Source: Candidatus Harrisonbacteria bacterium (GTDB lineage: Bacteria > Patescibacteriota > Minisyncoccia > UBA6257 > 1-14-0-10-44-23). From it: a DNA stretch of 55,779 nt. Positions 8,126-14,830 of the stretch are shown here, piece by piece. The stretch is taken from contig JAHFLF010000004.1 of NCBI GenBank assembly GCA_023255625.1, positions 1 through 55,779 on the forward strand, read 5' to 3'. The notes beneath the pieces are model-generated. The model had not been told where the DNA came from and searched no databases. It saw only the letters and a program-made list of their open reading frames with translations. The translations under genes were made by a program, and so were the position numbers. Every line of letters starts with the position of its first letter. Position 1 is the stretch's first letter.

Positions 8126-8359
8126 TCAATTGAGAGCCTTAATAATAGCTTTAAAAATTTCTTCTGGGGCGTCTTTAAGTTGATGTTCCCAAATTTGTAT
8201 GACCTGCCAACCCTTATCACGAAGATTGCGAGTAGTCTTTAAGTCTCGCCGCCTATTTGCTTCTATCTTGGCGCGCCAAAAATCATTTTTAAGCAGATGT
8301 TTCCATCGTGGATATTGCCAGCCGTGCCAAAAATCGCTATCCAAAAAATATCGAGCTTC
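8126..8359 (-). pseudogene. vsr: Remnant of a Vsr very-short-patch-repair endonuclease (C-terminal half only)
   Basis: DSDFWHGWQYPRWKHLLKNDFWRAKIEANRRRDLKTTRNLRDKGWQVIQIWEHQL matches the Vsr C-terminal half (FWHG ... FW..KI..N..RD ... GW.V...WE). An in-frame TAA at 8362..8360 removes the N-terminal half, and there is no ATG start. Confidence 0.7.
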
Positions 8360-8431
8360 TTACTAATTATCTGAATTAAATCAAATTTTGAATCAAAAAT
8401 CACTGTGGATAACTTTCGGTTTAGTTTCGGC

Positions 8432-8437
8432 TATAAT
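8432..8437 (+). promoter_or_regulatory. -10 box (TATAAT) 7 nt upstream of the LexA-MTase ATG; leaderless geometry
   Basis: TATAAT at 8432-8437, ATG at 8445, no SD. Direct repeat TTTCGG-tttag-TTTCGG (8414-8430) abuts the -10. No good -35 was found. Confidence 0.4.
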
Positions 8438-8444
8438 AAAGTAT

Positions 8445-9878
8445 ATGGAAATGACTCCGCGAAAACAACAACTTCTAGATTTCGTAAATACCTATCGCTT
8501 GCGCCGTGGTTTTGCGCCATCAATTCCGGAAATTGCCAAAAAACTCAAACGCGCGCCATCTACAATTCACCAGCACTTGGAAGAGTTGCAAGCCGGCGGG
8601 CACATTAATAGAGAAAAAAATCAGCCCCGTAGTGTTGCTGTTGTGGAGCGGCAGCAAATGGTCAGCGTTCCCCTGCTGGGCACTATCGCAGCTGGTGCAC
8701 CTCTGACTTTATTCGATATTCCTAAAGAAACCATTGCTGTTCCAAAAAATAAAATACCAGCAGCATCAACAATCTATGCTCTCCGTGTATCTGGAAACAG
8801 CATGATTGACGAAAATATTAACGACGGAGATATCGTTCTAGTTAAACAGCAAGAAACCGCCGAGAACGGACAGAAGGTGGTCGCGTTAATCGACAATCAA
8901 GAGGCCACACTGAAAAAATTCTATAAAGAGAATGGCCGCATACGACTTCAACCGGCGAACAAAACCATGGAGCCATTAATCTTCAGGAACGGTCGGGATG
9001 TTTCGATACAAGGCATCGTGCTTGATGTTATCCGTGAAGAAATAAGACCGACCGTACAAATTTATGCGCATCAAGAGACTAAAAAATATAAAGAATTGCC
9101 GCTAAATAAGATTCTTTGCGGTGATGCAGTTGAAATTTTGAAAAAAATCCCATCAAACTCCATAGACTTAGTTGTCACTTCTCCACCCTACGATGATATC
9201 AGAATGTATAACGGTTTTTCCATAAACCTACCAGCGGTAGGAAGGGAACTGAATCGTATTTTAAAAAATGGCGGAATTGCCGCGATGGTAATTCAAGATG
9301 CAACTCGTAATTTCGGGAAAACATTAACATCTTTTAAGACAATCATAGATTGGTGCGACAATGCGGGCTTTAAACTCTTTGAAACTGCAATCTATAGAAA
9401 ACACGGCACGGAAGGGGCCTGGTGGACAAAACGATTCCGTGTTGATCATGAATATATGCCAATTTTTCTGAAAGGCGACCGTCCTGGCTACTTTAATAAA
9501 GAACCGCTGAAAATACCTTCTAAGCATGGGGGTAAAACAATGACTGGCAGCGGCAATCGACGAACAGATGGGACGACAACAAAAACAGTTAGGAGAGAAA
9601 TAAATAGCATGAAGTGCAGGGGCACAGTCTGGGATTATCTGAATGCTGGGGACAAAAACCCGCTCAAAAGAAAACACCCGGCAACCTTCCCGGATAAAAT
9701 TCCAACTGACTTTATACAATGCTTCTGTCCGCCGGGAGGGGTTGTGCTTGACCCATTTATCGGATGCGGATCAACCGCTGTTACAGCGAAAAAATTAGGA
9801 AGGAATTATATCGGCATTGATATATCCCAAGAATACTGTGATCTTGCTAAAGAGCGCCTTAGCACAGACGCTAGCTAA
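8445..9878 (+). CDS. LexA (wHTH + S24 autopeptidase) fused to a beta-class N4/N6 DNA methyltransferase
   Basis: N-terminal part: LexA wHTH IPEIAKKLKRAPSTIHQHLEELQAGGHI, cleavage site GTIAAGAPL, Ser in RVSGNSM, Lys in EATLKKF. C-terminal part: motif IV DLVVTSPPYDD, then motif I LDPFIGCGSTAVTAKKLGRNYIGIDI. The frame is continuous. The ORF-track start at 8388 is TTG, so ATG 8445 is preferred. Confidence 0.85.
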   Translation: MEMTPRKQQLLDFVNTYRLRRGFAPSIPEIAKKLKRAPSTIHQHLEELQAGGHINREKNQPRSVAVVERQQMVSVPLLGTIAAGAPLTLFDIPKETIAVPKNKIPAASTIYALRVSGNSMIDENINDGDIVLVKQQETAENGQKVVALIDNQEATLKKFYKENGRIRLQPANKTMEPLIFRNGRDVSIQGIVLDVIREEIRPTVQIYAHQETKKYKELPLNKILCGDAVEILKKIPSNSIDLVVTSPPYDDIRMYNGFSINLPAVGRELNRILKNGGIAAMVIQDATRNFGKTLTSFKTIIDWCDNAGFKLFETAIYRKHGTEGAWWTKRFRVDHEYMPIFLKGDRPGYFNKEPLKIPSKHGGKTMTGSGNRRTDGTTTKTVRREINSMKCRGTVWDYLNAGDKNPLKRKHPATFPDKIPTDFIQCFCPPGGVVLDPFIGCGSTAVTAKKLGRNYIGIDISQEYCDLAKERLSTDAS

Positions 9879-10893
9879 GTTCGTCGGGATGTTCGATAGT
9901 GAATTCTATATTCTGACTACCCGTCATAGCAAACGAAAGTGGATTTTTTGCTATAAAAGCATCAAAGGACCTATTACTTAGCGAAGTACCGGTAAAATCG
10001 CCCTTTGTAAACTGCGAAAGTTGCCATTTGTTCCAAGACCAGTTTGCGATATTGTAGCTCCATCCGGTTAACTTTGATAAAAGTGCTAAGAATCTTTCAG
10101 CCCGTTTCTTTGCATCCTGATTAAGCAGATAAAAATTTTCTTCTTCAAGCACAAGGTTGTGGGGTGTTCCTTCACCGCCCCGTAGAGTAATAGTCACCCT
10201 ATCTCCTCGCTCACGCGGGATACTGATAGCGTCTCGCGCTCTAAGAAAATCATTCATCGCAAGCATAAGCTCATGAACCGAATAGTGTTTATTCAAAAAT
10301 ATTTTATTTAGAGCAGTACCCTTCTCCTCTGCACGCAAATATTTTAACCAACTTAAAGAATTTTCAGTATATTGAACCATAGTCATCCAAGTCCCATCGG
10401 CAAAAAGAATTGGCGCGATAGCTCTCTTCGATATTTCTATATTCTGAATGCTGCCAATAAGTCCGACAAGAAAATGAATTGTAGCGAAAGGATATTTTAG
10501 TCGAAAATCATGATATCCGTCATGGCCACGAAGATTATTAATCGATATACAATTATCAAAATTATTCCAGTTAGGAGGTAAGCGGCGATGGTTGTACATA
10601 ACCATATGCTGCCCCACGCTTTTAATCTCCTTGCGAAAAATTTCCATATCCAAAAATACACAATCTCTTGCCTTGAATCCTTTCTGAAGAACTAAAATTT
10701 TCCCATCATAAAAACCTCTCACTTTCCAATTGAGATGATGTGACATAAACAAACCACAAAGCAAGCCATCACTATCTGGGCTTAAAATACAATCCTGATC
10801 GCGCTCAACAATCCAAGGATATTTCTTGATGACCGCAGCATAATCAATAACATCATTACGACCCTCTAACATCTCCTGAATTTTTGAAGACAT
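9871..10893 (-). CDS. Hypothetical protein, candidate cognate nuclease of the LexA-MTase module
   Basis: 340 aa. Convergent with the MTase gene, with 3' ends overlapping by 8 nt. Acidic/Lys patches SPDSDGLLCG and FLDMEIFRKEIK could form a nuclease-type site. No family recognised. Confidence 0.55.
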   Translation of the reverse strand: MSSKIQEMLEGRNDVIDYAAVIKKYPWIVERDQDCILSPDSDGLLCGLFMSHHLNWKVRGFYDGKILVLQKGFKARDCVFLDMEIFRKEIKSVGQHMVMYNHRRLPPNWNNFDNCISINNLRGHDGYHDFRLKYPFATIHFLVGLIGSIQNIEISKRAIAPILFADGTWMTMVQYTENSLSWLKYLRAEEKGTALNKIFLNKHYSVHELMLAMNDFLRARDAISIPRERGDRVTITLRGGEGTPHNLVLEEENFYLLNQDAKKRAERFLALLSKLTGWSYNIANWSWNKWQLSQFTKGDFTGTSLSNRSFDAFIAKNPLSFAMTGSQNIEFTIEHPDELS

Positions 10894-11016
10894 GAAACTC
10901 TAAATAGAAAAATTAAATTGTACCTATCATCGCACTTCTAGGGGCTTTTTTCAACTAAATACAGCAAACTGCTCAACGATGCCGCCATTGAGTCGTTACC
11001 TTTGGTAGAGAAATTA

Positions 11017-11259
11017 TTAAAAATCTGTCTTGGAACTTCCTGCTTTAAATACTTTCCCGGTTTGTAAATCTTTATACTGACCCTTGCGATAAACGAACCG
11101 ATACTTAGCAGTGTCGCTTTTTATCCATTTTTGTTCGCTTTTTGTAGCATACTCTTTTTTATCGACATAGGCATGTCCACGCATAATAGTCTCGCCCTTT
11201 TGGTGATCAAAAAATATTTCGGCCAGTCTTTTATTAACAACCGCAAAGCTCCAACTCAT
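11017..11259 (-). CDS. Small hypothetical protein
   Basis: 80-aa ORF, Lys-rich, no recognisable motif. Supported only by ORF length and strand context. Confidence 0.35.
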   Translation of the reverse strand: MSWSFAVVNKRLAEIFFDHQKGETIMRGHAYVDKKEYATKSEQKWIKSDTAKYRFVYRKGQYKDLQTGKVFKAGSSKTDF

Positions 11260-11329
11260 GCAAAATATAACGGCAGAGCCACAGCAATCGTTACTGCGGG
11301 TCTTTGAGTTTCATCGTAAATTACTTAAA

Positions 11330-11608
11330 TCATCCTATTTCCGGATGCATAGTAGTAAATACTAAAAATATCCAAATAATTATCGGTGCGCAATATCCAA
11401 CGAAAAAAGATATTAGGGAAGGTGTGATGCTAATTTTTTTAGGACGACGGAAATAGGAAAAATAACCGCTGAAAAGTAGCAAAAAAACTATGAATTCATA
11501 GGCCCAATCCTTCCAAGAGCTAATGTCGGGCCCAGCGAACATAGCTAGTATCAATAAAAATATCCCAAGCCCCAATCCGACAAAAAAATCTGGTAAATAT
11601 TTTTTCAT
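11330..11608 (-). CDS. Small membrane protein
   Basis: 92 aa with three hydrophobic segments. It begins 2 nt after the stop of the 1041-aa gene. Confidence 0.5.
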   Translation of the reverse strand: MKKYLPDFFVGLGLGIFLLILAMFAGPDISSWKDWAYEFIVFLLLFSGYFSYFRRPKKISITPSLISFFVGYCAPIIIWIFLVFTTMHPEIG

Positions 11609-11609
11609 A

Positions 11610-14600
11610 TTAATTATTCATCATCCATTCTACATCTTCTTTGAGTAGATTGTAAGCTTCTAGAGTAACCAGATTTTGCTTGCGCTTCTTCTCCAGTTCG
11701 TTGATAAAATTTCGGCCGATAATTTTATCGACTCTGGCCTCCAACTTTTCTATCTGACGCTGAATCCTCTGCTGGGGCGTCAGCTTCTTAGCGACCGCCG
11801 GCGGTAGTTTCGCCTGCAATTTAATAATTTTCTTTTCCAGTTTGATGACCGCTTTCAAATCGTTGACCAGATCATTGCGGATGCTGGCCTTTTTAATCCA
11901 GCCCAGGGAGAAGGCGCGATGAATATCAGCGATAGAGCTAGTTGCATCCGCGTAGCTGGTAAAATCCTGGTTAACTTCAGTCGGATTGCCGGCTTTGTCG
12001 TAGGCCAAAAAATCCAGTGTGTGCGTGCCAAGTGGCTGATAAAATAAATCAATTGTAGAAGTAGTGGAAGTTGATATAACCATCCCGTCAAGCGTAATCT
12101 TAGAGAATGCAATACCTGATCCACTGTCAGATAAATTCATTGAAATCGGAACAATTTCGTTGCGGCCAAATTCAAGTTCATCCGGCGACTGGACATCAAT
12201 GGTTGGCGGTGTCGCATCAACCGCGGCCGTACCGCTAATGACTGCGCTTGGCGCAATATTCGCGTCAACCACACCATCTCCTTGCCGATCAAGCTCTAAA
12301 GTTCCGGCAGTGTTCGCACTGGTAAATTGCATCTGGGCAGTCGTGCTGATACTCGACAATGGCACGGCTAAATAGCTGGTAACACTTTTAACTGCAATGC
12401 CGCCATATACCTTTGCCTTCAAATCAAAACTACCGCTTGCCGTTGCCCTGGCAACAACCTTATATGCAGTCCCGCCAGGCACAAAGGCAAAACTGTTGTC
12501 ACCGATTAATTCATAATCACCACCAGGAATGCCCATTTCAATATCGCCGTTAGCGCCCGGGCCAAGGTGCCGGTTCTGCGCATCATAAATATGCAGTGTT
12601 ACAGGGCTGTGCGTGCTGAATGAGATCGTTGTTTCGTTTGGCGCATTGGGCAGTATTAAACCGCAGTCAGATTGGTTTGTAGAAATTCCTGTAGCAAGCG
12701 ACGGAGTAGTTGAGGTAGCGACAATATCACGAATTAAATTTACTGTACGACTATCGCCCACCAAACCCATATGGTCAATGCCGGTTTGGCTGTACAGGGC
12801 AAAATAGTCATGGCCGCTAATGCTGTAAGTTGCACTTTTCAGCGGCACAGTACCGTCCCCGTCAATCGAGTCAATATCAAAATTATTATTTGCTTGTACG
12901 CGAATATCGCCGATAGTTTTTGGATTTTGGCATCCGCTTACACGGTAGATTGAGCTAATTGGTACATTAAATCCGGCTGAATCAAGCGTTTGGTGGAAAC
13001 TGTCGGCCCGAGTAAGCAAAGTTGGATTGCGGCTATCGTTTGTATCACGCAACATGAAACCACGCGACTGGTCGTAATCCAGCAAACCCGCAGTCGAGGA
13101 GGTATAATCGGCAATATATCCGCCAACTCTAGAAATATAACTTCGGCTTGGCAGTAGTTGGTAAACCGCGGGCATGTTTTGAGAGATGATTTTAATTCTC
13201 TGTTGATTAAGAATATCGAAAAGACCGTATACTATTTCGAAACTAAAATTATCACCATAGGTTAATCCTTTGAATGCCTTCGGCGAGCCAAGTTCCGGAA
13301 TGCCAGCAAGCACGAGCTTATCAACAAAACTTGTGCTGGTGGCAGTTCGTAAATACTGCTTAACTAACAGCCCGCCCAAGCTGTGGGCGATAATATTAAC
13401 TTTGCCTGTTGGCGAATTGATGATTGCCGATTTAACGATCGTATCTAGGCGCTGAGTTGAACTGGCTATATCCAAACGCCAGTCATATGGAAAAGCGAAA
13501 AAATCAGTCCCTGACGCATAACCAGATGTAACAAATGAATTAATAAAATTACCATATACATCATTTGAAAAAGCAGAATCTAATAATAAAGTCGGATTCA
13601 TCGAACTGATCAAAGTTTGATTGCCAAAGCCGTCTAAAATCAAATCATTAAGATAAATATCTCCATTAAATCCTTTTTCGAAAAACATCTTCGCCGTATT
13701 CGGCCAAACCTCTTCTCCATCAGAAGTCCGATTCAACTTCGTCCCCAAAATCCCCGGCACGATAATGACCGGTTCGCGATGAACTCGGAAATCAACCGTT
13801 GAAGACGCGCCAAAAGGAATCCACGCGGATTGATAGCCGTCTTCGTCAACCGCCCGTGCCTGCCAAAAATAATCACCATCCGCCAGATTAGCAAGCGCAA
13901 CTGTCGCGGTTGTGCTGGAATTCACCAATGAACTAGTCGCATTTGGCTGATTGGTTAAAGTCGTGCGCGCCTCAACTTCTAGTTTGACTCTCCTGCCCGT
14001 CGGACTGGCAAGCTGTGCCGAAAAAATCACCGCATCTGGTGTTACAAGACCACCCTCGCTGATTGAAGTTGCACCGTCTGACTTCAATTGGCGAAGATTA
14101 GTCATTGTAGGAATCGGATCAGGTGCTTCCAGTTTTATTCCCCATTCTCGGTTGGTATCCTCAATCCATCTATAATTTGGAATGCAGGCGGAACAACTTC
14201 TGTACCAAAATGAAGAGTAGCTGAATTGATTACTGTTGCGATACGCTGAAAGATAGTTACCAAAAGAAAGCGTATAGACAGGATCATAATTTTCAAAGGT
14301 GAACCAATAAGTTGTGCCGCTTGAAAGCGAAATGCAACTTGGCAATGCAAATGCCGTGTAGCTGAGGGATGGGTTGGCGAGCGATAAACTAGAGGCCGGC
14401 ACAGAGCTCGAACTAACTTGCGTACCGTTTCCCGGATCGCTGCCGCCCGCCATTACGCGCAGAACTATACTGGCACTAGCCGAGACGGTACCAGCGAGGG
14501 AAACTCTTAAATACAGAGTGCAAAGTGTTTGATTCGCAGGAGCGGTATATTTTTGCGAAATCTTATCTGAAACTGTACCAGAATTACCGCCATAAATATT

Positions 14601-14735
14601 GCCGGTTGGAATCGCGTTCGTTACCTCATAAAAAGTTACCGCGGCCAGCGCCGGTTGCGCGAAAACAAAAATCGAAAAAACTAAAATACTTAAAAATGCG
14701 AACCTCCGCGAAATCCAAAAAAATTGGAAAACCAT
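11610..14735 (-). CDS. Secreted large protein with an LCAT/PGAP1-like alpha/beta-hydrolase (lipase/esterase) domain
   Basis: Signal peptide MVFQFFWISRRFAFLSILVFSIFVFAQPALA. PVIIVPGILGTKLN and the nucleophile elbow NIIAHSLGGLLVKQYL (GxSxG) are present. Ig-like beta-rich regions flank the hydrolase domain. Confidence 0.75.
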   Translation of the reverse strand: MVFQFFWISRRFAFLSILVFSIFVFAQPALAAVTFYEVTNAIPTGNIYGGNSGTVSDKISQKYTAPANQTLCTLYLRVSLAGTVSASASIVLRVMAGGSDPGNGTQVSSSSVPASSLSLANPSLSYTAFALPSCISLSSGTTYWFTFENYDPVYTLSFGNYLSAYRNSNQFSYSSFWYRSCSACIPNYRWIEDTNREWGIKLEAPDPIPTMTNLRQLKSDGATSISEGGLVTPDAVIFSAQLASPTGRRVKLEVEARTTLTNQPNATSSLVNSSTTATVALANLADGDYFWQARAVDEDGYQSAWIPFGASSTVDFRVHREPVIIVPGILGTKLNRTSDGEEVWPNTAKMFFEKGFNGDIYLNDLILDGFGNQTLISSMNPTLLLDSAFSNDVYGNFINSFVTSGYASGTDFFAFPYDWRLDIASSTQRLDTIVKSAIINSPTGKVNIIAHSLGGLLVKQYLRTATSTSFVDKLVLAGIPELGSPKAFKGLTYGDNFSFEIVYGLFDILNQQRIKIISQNMPAVYQLLPSRSYISRVGGYIADYTSSTAGLLDYDQSRGFMLRDTNDSRNPTLLTRADSFHQTLDSAGFNVPISSIYRVSGCQNPKTIGDIRVQANNNFDIDSIDGDGTVPLKSATYSISGHDYFALYSQTGIDHMGLVGDSRTVNLIRDIVATSTTPSLATGISTNQSDCGLILPNAPNETTISFSTHSPVTLHIYDAQNRHLGPGANGDIEMGIPGGDYELIGDNSFAFVPGGTAYKVVARATASGSFDLKAKVYGGIAVKSVTSYLAVPLSSISTTAQMQFTSANTAGTLELDRQGDGVVDANIAPSAVISGTAAVDATPPTIDVQSPDELEFGRNEIVPISMNLSDSGSGIAFSKITLDGMVISTSTTSTIDLFYQPLGTHTLDFLAYDKAGNPTEVNQDFTSYADATSSIADIHRAFSLGWIKKASIRNDLVNDLKAVIKLEKKIIKLQAKLPPAVAKKLTPQQRIQRQIEKLEARVDKIIGRNFINELEKKRKQNLVTLEAYNLLKEDVEWMMNN

Positions 14736-14776
14736 GGGTTATTTTGAAAATGATAATTTCAAAAATGTCTAAGTTT

Positions 14777-14785
14777 ATTATACCA
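14777..14785 (-). promoter_or_regulatory. Extended -10 element (TGgTATAAT) upstream of the lipase-like gene
   Basis: The minus strand reads tatggtataat, the same 11-mer as at 47807-47817. It lies about 40 nt upstream of the ATG at 14735. No clear -35. Confidence 0.4.
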
Positions 14786-14818
14786 TAATGCCCCGCGCCC
14801 AAACTTCTATAAATAGTA

Positions 14819-14824
14819 TATAAT
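14819..14824 (+). promoter_or_regulatory. -10 box (TATAAT) 6 nt upstream of the xfp ATG; leaderless geometry
   Basis: TATAAT at 14819-14824, ATG at 14831, no SD, no convincing -35. Confidence 0.35.
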
Positions 14825-14830
14825 TAACTA

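Noticed and set aside
8404-8418. Perfect DnaA-box consensus (tgtggataa, i.e. TTATCCACA) within an identical 15-mer tgtggataactttcg at 8404-8418 and 34914-34928. Considered as oriC.
   Set aside because: There are only two isolated boxes 26 kb apart. There is no box cluster, no AT-rich unwinding element, and no dnaA/dnaN nearby. It is more likely a short dispersed repeat or a regulatory DnaA site, so it is not an origin.
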